Assembly: GCA_038087875.1 (NCBI GenBank)
Contig: CM075990.1
Coordinates: 11,596,001 to 11,660,000, forward strand
Direction: 5' to 3'
Length of the DNA stretch: 64,000 bases
Source of the DNA: Malacoraja senta
Lineage: Eukaryota
Under the pieces are notes generated by a model. That model ran no database searches, had not been told where the DNA came from, and saw only the letters and a program-made list of their open reading frames with translations. Of this stretch, positions 24,480 through 37,476 are shown piece by piece; the stretch's first letter is position 1; each line of letters opens with the position of its first letter. The position numbers and the translations under genes are program-made.

Positions 24480-25030
24480 ACTTCAGAATGTCTCAGAGAG
24501 TTTCACAGACATTGCAGTCCTAGCTTCAAAGTGCGTTTGTTCTTGAAATGCTGCAGAAGCAGCAACTAAATTCATCACAATGGGTTCCCACAAATGATAA
24601 AGATCAGAAATTCTGTTTAGTATAGTCAATTGAGGGATGGAAACTGGCTGGGGTCTTTGGAACAATTCACTTCAGTGCTACTGGATCTTTGGTACCCATC
24701 TTATCAACAAATGGGGCCTCAGATTAACATCTTAACTGAAAAGTGTCATCACTGACAGTGCAGCATTCATAAATTCATATGTCATAGGAGCAGAATTAGG
24801 CCATTCGGCCCATCAGGTCTATGCCGCCATTCAAGCATGGTGATCTATCTCTCCCTCTCAACCCCATTCTCCTGCCTTCTCCCCATTAACCCCGGACACC
24901 CGTACTAATCAACAATCTATCAATCTCTGCCAATTCCTCAGTGACGCACTGGGGTTGACCGCCTAGATGTTTTTGCTGTAGCCTTTACATTGAGAACATA
25001 AACCCAGTGGTGGCTTGCCTTGGCTGAGAG
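24480..25030 (-). mobile_element. Ancient Deu-domain SINE relic (SacSINE1-like), interrupted by a CR1 tail (~24768-24930)
   Basis: ggggcctcagattaacatcttaactgaaaagtgtcatcactgacagtgcagcatt/cctcagtgacgcactgggg resembles the Deu core in reverse complement. Confidence 0.6.
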
Positions 25031-25939
25031 AAAGGACCTAAACATGTTTAAACGTTCAAATCAAGGACTGATTTATTATGCTCGGCTGACCATTTTGCAA
25101 GGATGATTGTAGTATCGGTGCTGAAGAACTTTAAATTCTACAAGATCAAAGCACATAATGTAAAGGCCCACAAAACTAGGACATACTAGCTCATCATCAA
25201 TGATAAAATTGAAATGTTGCAGACATTTGTAAAATTCTAAAATAGGTCGGTTACAACAATTCTTAATTAAGCGGAGTATAATACGTGGAATTTATGCAAG
25301 TTTTTCTTTCTGCTCAACAACGAACACTGAATTACCTATCCATTCTCTCTCCAGATTTGTCACTTGATAAATAGTTCACCTGTACCACATTAATACTTGG
25401 CACTAAATTTTTACCAAAACAGACGAGCCAAGTACAGTCAGAACACATCTCCAATATATTGGAGTATTTATTGCCCGAAAAGCAGTGGAGTTTGTAATTA
25501 TGGCAGATTGCAATCATTTTTGGCCCACGCTATCCTCAGGAAACAAAGTTGTTGCCACAAAATATTAATTTCAACTGCAGTTGTGTTATATCATTAGTTT
25601 ACACAAAGATTGTTTTGTAAGAGATTGGATAAGCTTAATGCAAACAATAATTGTGTGCGTTCAATTCATTTCATTATCGTTGTTATTTAACTTGCATTAA
25701 AAGTAATTCTAAAAAAAATAACCTTTGTTAAAAATCATTCATGCTATCTTCCCTATTCCATCTGCTTAATCCTTTCACAATCATTCATCTGTTAAGCTAC
25801 AGTCATGGAGTTATAGGTTAGTGCAGCGCAGAAACAGGCCCTTCTTCCCATCTTGTCTAAACTGATCTTTTTGATCATCTGCTCCAATCGCTTTTCTCAC
25901 ATTAGGTCCTTGTTTATTCAAGTGTCCATCCAAAAAATT

Positions 25940-26480
25940 GCAAGCAATTTTGGGCACCATTACTGAGGAAGGATGTGCTGGCCCTGGAGAGGGCCCAGGG
26001 GAGGTTTACAAGTATGATCCCAGGAATGGGTGGGTTAACGTATAATGAGCGTTTGATGGCACTGGACCTGTACTCGCTGGAGTTTAGAAGAATGAGGGGG
26101 GACCTCATTGAAACGTACTGAATAGTGAAAGGCCTGGATAGGGTGGATGTGGAGAGGATGTTTCCACTCATGGGAGAGTCAAGGTCTAGAGGTCATACCC
26201 TCAAAATTATAGGATGTTCCTTTAGGAAAGAGATGAGGAGGAATTTTTTAGTCAGAGGGTGGTGAATTTGTGGAATTCCTTGCCACAGAAGGCTGTGGAG
26301 GCCACGTCAATGGATATTTTTAAGGCAGAGATAGATAGATTCTTGATTAGTATAGGTGTCAGGGGTTATGGGGCAAAGGCAGGAGAATGGGATTAGGAGG
26401 GAGAGGTAGATCAGCCACGATTGAATGGCAGAGCAGAGTTGATGGGCCGAATGGCTAATTCTGCTCCTATCACATGACAC
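25940..26480 (+). mobile_element. CR1/HER1 ORF2 3' fragment
   Basis: QFWAPLLRKDVLALERAQGRFTSMIPGM...LYSLEFRRMRGDLIETY*...SQRVVNLWNSLPQKAVEA. Confidence 0.9.
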
Positions 26481-26984
26481 GACCTAATACCTTTTAAATG
26501 TAGCGATTGTATCTGATTCCACACCTCCTCTGGCAAAGTCCCAGAGAGCATCTATATTCTGTATAAGAAATTATCCTCTCAATTCTCCTTTAAAATTCCT
26601 TCATCTCACTTTTAAACATAGGTTTTTATATCCCTACCATCAGACAAAGTTGCCAGAACTCATAATTTATACACCCCAGGTCCCTCCTCAGCCTCCTTTA
26701 TGCCAGGTACAATAAGCCCAGTCTATCCAATCTCTCCTCAACTGAAGTCTTCTAATCCAAGTAACCTCGTGTCGAGACCCTTCTTCAGACCCTTGAAACT
26801 CTCTACTCAACAGCACTGAGTGTACCTTCACTCAAAGATTTCCAGGGCTGAACGTCACCCCTTTCTCAAAGGCCAAGGAGAGACAATAGGTGCTGATTTA
26901 CCAGCAAGACACAGATTCAGAAGATGATATTAAACAAAGTTTGGAGGATTTTGCCAAAGTTCTCAATTCAGGCTCTCTTGATAC

Positions 26985-27163
26985 CTTTTCTTATCACGTG
27001 GCAATGCAAACCTGATCTATGTAATCTCCGCTGGGGTGGGAGATGGCAACCTTCACGTGGTCCACCCTGTTTCAACGAATGCAATCAATCTGGTGTGCAC
27101 AATCAAATAGAACAAGTTGTCCTACAACTTTAGGCTGTGCACGCCATACGCAAGAAGAAGAAG
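26985..27163 (+). mobile_element. Probable LINE 3' end with (AAG)n tail, family uncertain
   Basis: ...ctacaactttaggctgtgcacgccatacgcaagaagaagaag. Confidence 0.45.
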
Positions 27164-27663
27164 TCATCTCCACTTAAAGTTTAGCACGTTTAACATCAGT
27201 GCCATTGGAAATGTACACTTCATTTACTCTGAGTGTGAGAGATCTGTCCTGAGGCGTGGTACATATTGATTTTGTGAGGGTGGCTGGACATCTATTCACG
27301 CCAACGTTCCATTGGTAAGAGGTTCACTTAATTGCTGTGAATTTGCAGCAGGGATAGTGAAGGGGCCATTAGCACCTTCTGTTCTGACGCAGGAAATCTG
27401 ACAACAGCTTCTGGAGATCACACATGCACTCATGAAAATTCAGGACTTGTCAGTAAACCGACAAGATTTGTCATCAATTTACAAATTACTTTGTAAAAGG
27501 AAAATATGAAAATGATGTACATTGTCTCATGGAGTGTTCTTAATGACGTGACAAGTAAAAATAATCTCTTTTGGCCTGAATTGATAATTTTAGATGCATT
27601 GAGATAAATTCCTTAAAATATATATTTAAGATTTCACAAAATTTCCCAAAACAGCATTTTTTT

Positions 27664-27853
27664 CAGACTATCTTTGATCAGACTTTACTGGCTTCACCTC
27701 GCACTAAACGTTATTCCCTTATCATGTATCTATACAGTACACTGTAAACGGCTCGATTGTAATCATGTACCATCTTTACGCTGACAGGCTAGCATCCAAC
27801 AAAACCTCTTCACTCCTCGGTACACGTGACAATAAACTAAACTAAACTAAACT
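27664..27853 (+). mobile_element. Rex/Babar-associated 3' UTR fragment
   Basis: Same family as 60867-61085 and 36615-36995; (ctaaa)n tail. Confidence 0.65.
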
Positions 27854-28114
27854 GTAAGTGATTTTATTTAATTTTTAAATTTTTAAAGGTTGTTCGTGAA
27901 ATATACACTTAAAAAAATATAACCATAATCTATCTGAATCTCAGGGGCCTGTCCCAGATTTATTTTGGTGGCAGTGAAAGATACTTGAAGAGTTTGTTAC
28001 AACCACTGAACTGTTCTTGTTAGTTTGTTCTCTGGAAATATTCCACAGTGTGATGAATATCTGAAGGCAGTAACAGGAAAGCCAACATCAGCAGAGATCA
28101 GTGGATTTTTGTGG

Positions 28115-28625
28115 CCTACTTCATTGGAGACCCTTGGACTATCTTTATATCGGACTTTACTGGCCATTTTCTTGCACTAAACGCTATTCCCTTCTCCTGC
28201 ATCTGTACACTGTGGACGGCTTGATTGTCATGTGTCGGAAGGAAGTGCAATGAATTGAGTTTGAGGTTATTGTCACGTGTACCGAGCTACAGTGAAAAGC
28301 TTTTGTTGCGTGCCAACCAGTCGGCAGAAAGACAATACATGATTACAATTGAAGATGTACACAAAACGCTGGAGTAACTCAGCGGGTCCGGCAGCATCTC
28401 TGGAGAAAAGGAATAGGTGACGTTTTGGGTCGAGATTCTTCTTCAGACACTGAAGATGGTTTTCAACCCGAAACGTCACCCGTTCCTTTTCTTCAGAGAT
28501 GCTGCTGGACCTGCTTGATTGTAATCATATATTGTATTTTTCGTTGACTGGATAGCACACAACAACAAAAACAACAAGACTTTTCACTGTACCTTGGGAC
28601 ACATGACAGTAATAAAAAAAACTAA
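28115..28625. mobile_element. Rex/Babar 3' UTR copy interrupted by an inverted fragment and a fold-back PLE (28350-28512)
   Basis: gcttgattgt duplicated at 28219 and 28513 around the inserted block. Confidence 0.65.
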
Positions 28626-29299
28626 ATTTAAAAAAAATGACACGAACCTGCAAATTGACCATAGTGGTGGAAGGACACTTCTCACTTTAGGCCAACTCCA
28701 AATCTAAAGACAACAACAGACGGCAGCACGGCTACACATTTAGGTTTGGTCTTGCAAACCTCTACCACCAAGGACAAGGGCAGAAGGGGCATAGTCGCAC
28801 CACCATCTACAGTTTCCCCTCCAAGTCACACAAGGACTTGGAAATCTTGGATAGACACAAAAAAGCTGGAGTTAGTCAGTGGGTCAGGCAGCAATAATGT
28901 GACAATAAGAAACAAAACTAAATTAAGACAATGACTATTATTTCGAGCAAAACCTGTTCACTTCCAATGTTCTTTGTAAAAGTAGGACACTTGTTGGAAT
29001 TGTGGTCCACAGCATGATCCAAAGGAAACTAGACAGCATGGTCTGTAATTGTATGGTAGGATTCAACAACTGCTCCTCATGGAGCAGAATTGTTATTTCT
29101 TTGCATTGAACTTCGTCGCTGGTTTTCCTAAGACAAAACAAAACCCCTGTTAAAAATTTAGGTTAAAGGAGTTTCATTATGGAAAAGGAAAAGGTGGGAA
29201 AGGTTAAGGGGAACATACTCAGAGTTCACACTCTTGGCCACTGAAGGATAGTGGAACAATTAAAATCAGTTATGATGAAGAAGTAACGATCAAAATCTT

Positions 29300-29545
29300 G
29301 TAGGTTAGGACAAGGTCACAGTGAAAGAAAGGGATGGAGCAGAGGAGGAGAATTTGAGAATTCAGCTCCAAGAACCAGAATTGGCAAGTCTGTGACTGAC
29401 TGCGAGGTTGATTATGTGCAGAAGAGTCTTGGATGACTTCAGCTGACAGAAAATATAAGGGGAGCTGCCAGACTGAGCATTATGATGAGAGGTAGCAAAG
29501 GCGTGAATAAGGGCTTCAGGAATGATCGGAGACGCTCGCTCTGTG
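29300..29545 (-). mobile_element. Highly decayed L2-like ORF2 remnant
   Basis: EALIHAFATS resembles the L2 ETLIHAFVTSRLDY motif. Confidence 0.45.
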
Positions 29546-30007
29546 CAATGCATGTGGAACATGAAACACTTCCAAAGTTCTGCAGCGGAGTTTTGTTTCC
29601 AAGCCAAGAATTATTAATTGGAACTGTCCAATTTCCATTCCTCATCAGTGTGCTGTGTGGCAGCTTCCCCATCAGTATGAAACTAGTGAGCATCTGTAGA
29701 CCCCGTGAGCAAGGGAAGTACATTGTTTGCACTTCAGCTGATGGTGGCAACAAATGTGTTACATTTTGAACGTGGATGACAGCCTGACATTCCCATCTGG
29801 AAACAGGTAATGAGGGATACAGCTATGCTGGACTAGGAACAATCCATTGTTCTTTGTCACTGGAGTGTGCTTAATTTGCTTGTACAAGTCATTGATATTA
29901 AATGAAGTGTTATGTGGATTCTCGATATTAACCAACTATTATGTGTGATCTTTGTTGTAAATCAGCATACAGCGTTGTAAATGCACACCCTTCATGAGAT
30001 TCGTTCT

Positions 30008-30436
30008 GACCCTGAAGAAGAGTCACGACCCGAAAGGTCACCCATTCCTTCTCGTCGGAGATGCTGCCCGTCCCGCTGAGTGACTCCAGCATTTTGTGTC
30101 TCTCTTCTGTCTGACTCACTGAGTGACTCCAGCTTTTTGTGTCTCTCTTCTGTCTGACTCACTGAGTGACTCCAGCTTTTTGTGTCGCTCTTCTGTCTGA
30201 CTCACTGAGTGACTCCAGCATTTTGTGTCTCTCTTCTGTCTGACTCACTGAGTGACTCCAGCTTTTTGTGTCTCTCTTCTGTCTGACTCACTGAGTGACT
30301 CCAGCTTTTTGTGACTATCTTCTGTCTGACTCACTGAGTGACTCCAGCTTTTTGTGTCTCTCTTCTGTCTGACTCACTGAGTGACTCCAGCTTTTTGTGA
30401 CTATCTCCGGTTTAAACAAGCATCTGCAGTTCCTTC
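30008..30436 (+). repeat. PLE terminal repeat with internal 43-bp tandem array (~7.7 copies, 30076-30405)
   Basis: Unit ctgagtgactccagctttttgtgtctctcttctgtctgactca starting at 30076, 30119, 30162, 30205, 30248, 30291, 30334, 30377. Confidence 0.95.
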
Positions 30437-30689
30437 GAGCGTGGTCTTCAATGTTAATTGAGCTCTGCGCTGTTGGAAAGATGTTTTCCATGTAACAATA
30501 TGTTTTAAAAAATTACCCATTTACCTTCATAAAAGATTCCCCATGGTGCTATTTGGTAAAAGTGCAGCAAACAGTTAGTTCTTTTCCAAAAGACAGGCTA
30601 ATTGGTCATAATGATAAGTGGAAGGTTTTAATTAAAGCATTTTCCTGAGTGACTGGAATATCTGTAAGAGTTAACATGCACCATTGAAC

Positions 30690-31125
30690 AATGTGGTCAC
30701 ACAAACAGCAATGTGAAAATGGCCACATATAATGTTTTTGCTTATGGATACATATTGGCAGGACAATAGGAATTATGCTTGGGAGAACATGGATAGATTA
30801 CATTTTGGGTCGAGATCCTTCTATAGTTTCGGGTCTGAAGAAGGGTCCTAACCCGAAACACTGCTTGACCCACAGACTTATTTCACTTTGTGTCCTTTTG
30901 TGTGAACCAGCATCTGTAGTTCCTTGTTACTCCCGGGAATAATTCCTGGTTCTTTAGAATGTAGTGGAGGATCTTTGGTAACTATTTGAGAAGAGAGTAT
31001 TTCAACAGAAAGACCACACCTCCAACAATTTAATGTTCCTTCACACCGAATAGCCCCTCTAGATTTTACTCTTCAGTCCTGGATTGGTATTTGACCCCAA
31101 AAACATCTGATCCTATGGTGAGCAA
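30690..31125 (-). mobile_element. Deu-domain SINE relic interrupted by a fold-back PLE (~30780-30925)
   Basis: cacaaacagcaatgtgaaaatggcc...ggatcttt...gaaagaccacacctccaaca. Confidence 0.55.
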
Positions 31126-32347
31126 TCTCCCTTCTTCTTCTCATGTCGTCAACTCTGGCTGTTTGGATTCTGAGGAGATTGATGAGGCTAATTTGGGAGC
31201 TGCTGACTCTTCCATTACCAGGGCAGGAAGTGCTTTACAGAATGGGTGTATGGACCATCTGTGAAGCACTGGGTTCCTTCCGCTCTTCACACAGGGCTGC
31301 AGTTTGCTTCGCCCCCCCTCCCCACCTCTCTTCATCTTCCCAACCCCACCCCATTTGTCTGAAGGTCTTCTGATCCAAAATGTCAGCTATTCCTTCCTTC
31401 CACGGATGCTGCCCGACCCACTGATTTCCTCCGCTTTGTTCTTTGCTCAACATGCCCTATTATTTTACATTCAGTTGATGCATACAAGAACATTTTAGTA
31501 GACATGTTTGTTTACAAAGCAGTCCTTTTAATATTAGATTGATTACTCCTTGCAGTGTACATAACAGGTTTTCTGAAGAAAGGTTCTTGTTCAAATTAAT
31601 GCCTGTAGTATCCACACCTGAATAATCCTGAATAATCTGAATGTACCCAAATTCAAAGAACGTTGTTCATACTCCCTTCCAATTGATAGGGTTACAAAGG
31701 ATTGAAAAGAAAAGCCATCTATAATGACTGGAATGTGCAATGTAGATCATGTCCACTTTATCTCTAGATAGATGGAATCTGCACTGAAATTTCATAGATT
31801 TCCATATTTTCTTCTGACATGCAACCCCATCAAGGCTATGCCAGCCCCCAGAGCAATCCCAATTCCCCACTAATTATTTCGGACAGGAAATGGGCAATGG
31901 CGATGAGCAGTGAAGAGTGAAAGCAAGGAAGGACGTTCCTGTTCATTCATCAGTAGCAAGCCCGTAGACCATTGGTAGCATTTCCACATCGCAAGCAGAT
32001 GGTGCAGAGTTTCAGCCAGTGTGATTCTGGAATTACCGTTCAATATTCTGGCTGCCATCCAGCCTCAATGGGTTTCCTCTCACTGCATTCTTTTTAAACG
32101 TTTTTCACAGGATTTGGCTGTTTCTGGTAAAGCCTCAGTCAAGGTCAACATTTAGTGCCCATTGCTAATTGTGCTTTGAATTCGGCGACCTGTCAAGCTG
32201 CCTGAGAATCACCGCATTATTCCTGCCCTTGAGTCACTCCTGGATTAAGTGAGGATGGCAGATTCCCTTCCCCACAGGACTTCAGTGACCTCATGCAAAT
32301 CCTGTATTTTATGCTCCCCATTATTAATACAATTGTATTAATACAAG

Positions 32348-32615
32348 TGGTGTAGTGGTTGAGCTAATGCCTTACAGCGCCAGAGACCCGGGTTCGATCC
32401 TGACTGTGGGTGTTGTCTGTACGGAGTTCGTACTTTCTTCCCGTGACCTGCGTGGGGTTTTTCCAGGATCTCCGACACTCCAAAGGTGTACAGGTTTGTA
32501 GGTTAATTGGCTTGGTATAAATGTTAAAATTGGCCCTCATGTGTGCAGGGTGGTGTTAATGTGCAGGGTGGTGTTAATGTCCTGTTTCCGCGCTGTATCT
32601 TTAAACAAAACTAAA
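32348..32615 (+). mobile_element. HE1-like SINE
   Basis: gagacccgggttcgatcctgact B box, V-domain, tail. Confidence 0.85.
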
Positions 32616-32984
32616 TAAGCTCTTCATTACAGATTTATTTTATAATTCTTAATTGTTGTGATGGAATTTGAACTCATGACTATATCTCTAAGCTAAATTA
32701 AACTAAGAGTTCGAATCATGAATCCAGAAATATGAATCATGGTGCCCCCGGCATAATAATAAACCAATAACCCACCCATTGGGTCAGGTTGTGGGCATTT
32801 ATATTATAAGAGACTCGCACAGCCTCCTGCCACTCACTGACCACGTAGAAATGGTGACAACCAAGGAAGGAACATTGACCAGGATAGTCCAAGGGTCTCC
32901 AATGAGTTAGTCAGGACTGCTATTTATTTGTTGATAGGATGGTTCAGTTGCCTGGGAAGAACCTGTCACTGAATCTAGAAGTAT

Positions 32985-33110
32985 GGGAAGGAACCGCAGA
33001 TGCTGATTTAAATCGGAGATAGACACAAAAAGCTGCAGTAACTCAGTGGGTTGGATAGCATCTCTGGAGAGAAGGAATAGGTGACTTTTTGGGTCGAGAC
33101 CCTTCTTCAG
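32985..33110 (-). mobile_element. PLE terminal-repeat fragment
   Basis: ggaaggaaccgcagatgctg...gggtcgagacccttcttcag. Confidence 0.8.
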
Positions 33111-33207
33111 CCTCTAGAGGTGAATGTTTTCAAAATTCTGTACCTCTTGCCTGATGGGAGAGAGGAGGAGAGATGAATGTAATTGACAACATATTAAATG
33201 CACTTAA

Positions 33208-33641
33208 AGGGCCTGTCCCACTTGGGCGACCTAATCCACGAGTTTAGAAGACCCTAGGCGAGTTGAAAAAAATGTCAAGGTCGTGTTGACTCGCCGAAGT
33301 AAAAGACAGTCTACGACCTCCTACGACTATGTCTACGACCTCAGTCTTCCACACCTACGACCAACTACGACTAGCATCACGACCTACTACGACCTACCTA
33401 CGAGTAAAAAGTATCGATTTTTTCCATGCCGACCTTTTTTTAAAAACTCGTGGACATTTTTTATCAGGCTGGAAAAAACGCCGTGACCTACACGAGGCCA
33501 TGAGTACGTGGAGACCACTCACGAGCATGAGGAAGAGTTACAAAGACCTCCTAAGACCTCGTGGCGACCATGCTGCGAGTATGAGTCAAGGGCAAACTCG
33601 GCAGAGGTCGCCAATTAGGTCGTGAAAGTAGCACAGGGGCT
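33208..33641. mobile_element. PIF/Harbinger-type MITE
   Basis: TAA|agggcctgtcccac ... gtagcacaggggct|TAA; internal (ctacgac)-rich repeats. Confidence 0.8.
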
Positions 33642-33894
33642 TAAGTTTGCAGAGAAGTGAAATACATGGCGGTAACCAAGCAGCAATGCATGCAACAAAG
33701 GCAGGGAAGAAAAGTTTGAGCAGCAGAAACTCTGAGTGAAGTCAGGCGATCTAATTCTCAGCTGAGCTTTTGATCTCTGTATCATCTTTAGGGCCAGGGT
33801 TGTATTTTTCCCCACAAAAGGACTTGGACAACCGGAGACTGTCGGCGCCCTGCATCAGGAAAGAAACAGCAGTGAAGCCAGCAGCGACAAGCTA

Positions 33895-33962
33895 TCAGAA
33901 ATTGCAACACTTTTGTTTGGAGCTTTGAAGCCGGGCTCCCTGCTTCTCCATGAAGTAGCTGT
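33895..33962 (-). CDS. Candidate short terminal coding exon (xSYFMEKQGARLQSSKQKCCNF*), gene unknown
   Basis: Pyrimidine tract + tgcAG acceptor, 22 codons ending TGA TAG, unique sequence; no homology recognised. Confidence 0.25.
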
Positions 33963-34538
33963 CTGCACTCACCCGGGAGAGAAAGACACAAGGAAGAAAA
34001 AAAACGGATGCGTTCATTCGAATGAAATAAAAGTAGAGTCTTTCGCGGTGACATTGCCCTGCGTGGAACAAGCCCTCAGTGCTGCAGAATGGCAGGAAAG
34101 GACAATGTCAACCCACCTACAACCAGAAAGCGGTCATGAGCTGCTATCAACCTCATTGGAGACCCCATTAAAATTCTCAGCAGTGTAGCACAACAATACA
34201 AGCAATGCACTGGAGGCAGTGCAAGCATCTAATTTATTTTGATATAAATTATTCCAAATTAGCTACAATTTAAGGATAATAAATAGGAAAGCTTAGTGCA
34301 AGATTTTAAGCAATGCTGAGAATAATTAGAGTGAATATCAGGCTAGCCTGTGCAGCCATTTGGTCCATGGGAGAATTTGACAATGGGTCTTGTTGATGGT
34401 TGCTCTATGCTACTTAATGGAGGCATTGCCTTTATACTGACCTCCAGATCATCGCATATTCCATCATTACCCTCGTCCCCTAGGCAACAGAGAGTTATTA
34501 TCTGCACTAAGAAGGAACTACAGATTAGTTTAGTACAG

Positions 34539-34843
34539 TTAGTTTAGTTTGAGATACAGCGCAGAAACAGGCCCTTCGGCCCACCGAGTCCGCACCGACC
34601 AGTGATCCCCGCACATTAACACTATCCTACACACACCAAGGACAATTTACATTTACACCAAGTCAATTAACCTACATACCTGTCCGTCTTGAGTGTGGGA
34701 GGAAACAGAAGATCTTGGAGAAAAGCCACGCAGGTCATGGGGAGAACGTACACACTCTGTACAGACTGCACCCGTAGTCAGGATTGAACCCGGGTCTCTG
34801 GTGCTGTAAGACAGCAGCTCTACCGCTACATGACCGTGCCGCT
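34539..34843 (-). mobile_element. HE1-like SINE
   Basis: Tail, V-domain and head in reverse complement. Confidence 0.88.
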
Positions 34844-34847
34844 GAAA

Positions 34848-35005
34848 AATAGACACAAAATGCTGGAGTAACTCAGCAGGTCAGGCAGCATCTCTGGAGT
34901 AAAGGAAGGGGTAATTTGTTGGGTCGAGACCCGAAACGTCGCCTATTCCTTTTTTCTAGAGATGCTGCCTGGCCCTCTGTGTTACTCCAGCATTTTGTGT
35001 CTACC
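34848..35005. mobile_element. Fold-back PLE mini-element
   Basis: Arms joined through gggtcgagacccgaaacgtc. Confidence 0.8.
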
Positions 35006-36391
35006 TACACTCTGTGTCTTCCCCTTTTCTCTACTTATTGTACTGGAGTTTGACGTGATTTGATTTATATAGTATTATTTGTTCTGTTCCTTATGCGTTC
35101 TGATTGGATAGCATGAAAAAAACTTTTCACTGTACAAATGGTACAAATGACAGTAACAAACCTAAAGCCTCCATACTACAGATTTATTTGCAATATATTT
35201 GTAACAACTATAGGAAAAATAATCGTAATTTGCTGTCAGTAATTGCAGTGGTATTATTTGCTGTTTGCTAATTATGACAAACTTGGCCACTACCTGCGTT
35301 GTGAAACGGCCAAATTCACAAGAACAGAATGCAGCAGTTGGATTGTATCTAAACATAATTATTGTAATGGCTTCTCAGGAGATCTTATTGCCAAAGTCAG
35401 TTGGTTAAAGACCAGCCATTTCAACATTACCTATCCCCCTGTGATCTTTTCATATCTCTGTGCTCCACTAATTCTAGCACCTCCTACATGATCAGTGATG
35501 GATGACCCTTCAGCTTCCTGGATACCAAAGGGAGACACAAAATGCTGGAGTAACATCAGGTCAGGCAGCATCTCTGGAGAGAAGTAATGGGTGAGGTTTC
35601 GGCTCGTGACCCTTCTTCAGACAGAATCAAGGGAGAGGGGGTCCAGAGATATGGAAGGGCAAGGTGTGAAGATGACAGATCCGTAGAGCTGGAGAGCCAG
35701 GAGGAATCACAGAGGTGGAGCAGCGAGAGAGGGCGGTGCAGAGCTCTCGTCGGAGAGAGGGGGGAGAACTTCTTCAAAGTAGGCATACCGTGCGGAGGTT
35801 TCACAGTGGAGCAACCAAACTCTAGAATGTTTAGTGCAGATGCCGAAAATCTGAAATAAAACTCTGGAAATACACAGCAGGCCATGCAGAGAGAGGGGGG
35901 GGGGAGAGAAAGAGTGGGGGGGGGGAAGAGTGAGACGGAGAGAGCCACCTAATCTGAGTCAGAGTCTCATAACAGCCACAGGCCCTTTGGCCCAACTTTG
36001 ACTATCGTATTTTGATAAATTTCTTTCAACTTTGGACTTTAATAATACAAAATGGTGTCAGGTTTGTGGCGACTCTTGTGTAATCTCAATGGTATCTGCT
36101 ATTCCTGCATGCTTGTTCTTAAGTATGATTGTGCATATTCATAACAAGATTATTACTAAACTATATGCAAAATAGAATGTCACTGTACTTCAGTACATGA
36201 GAAGAAAGTACCATTAAAAGTCAGGATATTGAAGCTATTGCAATGGGCTCTTTCCATTGTCTGAACCAGGTCAATGTGCACGTTGATATCTGCATTCAAA
36301 GGGAATTCAGAATAAGCTCAACATGCCAAATCCAGCACCAGCCCATATAGAGATGGTCAAAAGAATGAACAAAAGATTAAGTTTTAAGGAG

Positions 36392-36559
36392 CATTGGAAA
36401 TAGCTAAAGATAGACACAAAAAGCTGGAGTAAGTTAGCGGGACAGGGATCATGTCGGAGAGAAGGACGGGGTGACGTTTTGGGTCGAGACCATTCTTTTT
36501 GTGTCTATCTTTGGTTTAAACCAACATCTGCAGTTCCTTCCTACACATTGAAAATAGCT
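36392..36559. mobile_element. Fold-back PLE mini-element with ~14-bp TSD
   Basis: cattggaaatagct / cattgaaaatagct on the flanks. Confidence 0.8.
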
Positions 36560-36614
36560 GGACTTAAGTAGGGAAAATGAGAGATTTAGGGAGAGATGTT
36601 GAAAGTTTAGAGCT

Positions 36615-36995
36615 GAGTTTAGTTTACGGTCATGTGTACTGAGGTACTTGTGGTAATTGAGGTAATGATCAGCCATGATCATATGATGATCAGCCATGAT
36701 CATATTGAATGGTGGTGCAGGCTCGAAGGGCCGAATGGCCTACTCCTGCACCTATTTTCTATGTTTCTATGTACATTGGAAATCATCAGTCAGCGGGAAT
36801 GACTATACAGGATTACAATCAAGCCATCCACAGTGTACAGATACATGATCAAGGGAATAATGTTTAGTGCAAGATAAAGTCCAGTAAAGTCCATTTAAAG
36901 AGAGTCCAAGGGTCTCCAGTGAGGTAGATAGTAGCTCAGGATCGCTCTCTAGTTGTTGATGGGATGGTTCAGTTACCTGATAGCTGGGAAGAAAC
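36615..36995 (-). mobile_element. Rex/Babar 3' UTR fragment interrupted by a CR1 tail (~36660-36772)
   Basis: Reverse complement of the 60867-61085 family; ggctcgaagggccgaatggcctactcctgcacct insert. Confidence 0.65.
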
Positions 36996-37349
36996 TATGC
37001 ACAAAATGACAAAGCAAAGACAATCAGGGGGATGCAAGAGTAATGTAATAACTTGCACAATGATTTATACCTCTACCATTAGCTGCATAACTATGTATGA
37101 AACTGTCTGGGCAACACATTTCTGGATCTTCAGAATGGGTAATAATTACATCATAGCCTCCCAAAAGAGAGCATGTAAAGACCAGATACACTGCAAGATA
37201 AGGACATTAGCCCAAGGCACTTGATGTGATCAAAGACAGCCACTCTGCCCAATGGCACCATGTCTCATCAGAGTAACTTATGGTTATTGTACTCCATAGG
37301 AATGTGACATTCTGCCAGAATCAACAGAATTCTTCACCAGCACGCGACA

Positions 37350-37476
37350 TGAACAAGGTACACAAAAATGCTGGAGAAACTCAGTGGGTGCAGCAGCATC
37401 TATGGAGCGAAGGAAATAGGCAACGTTTCGGGCCGAAACCCTTCTTCAGACAACCTGACTTAATAGTCTGAACAAG
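37350..37476 (-). mobile_element. PLE subfamily B fragment
   Basis: ggcaacgtttcgggccgaaacccttcttcagac; tgaacaag on both flanks. Confidence 0.8.

Noticed and set aside
30076..30405. CRISPR-like repeat array
   Set aside because: Head-to-tail 43-bp units with no unique spacers, derived from a PLE repeat, in vertebrate DNA.
31226..31277. Hairpin gtgctttacaga...tctgtgaagcac with an AAGTGCT seed-like word
   Set aside because: The stem of ~12-15 bp is too short for a pre-miRNA, and I recognise no full match to a known mature miRNA.
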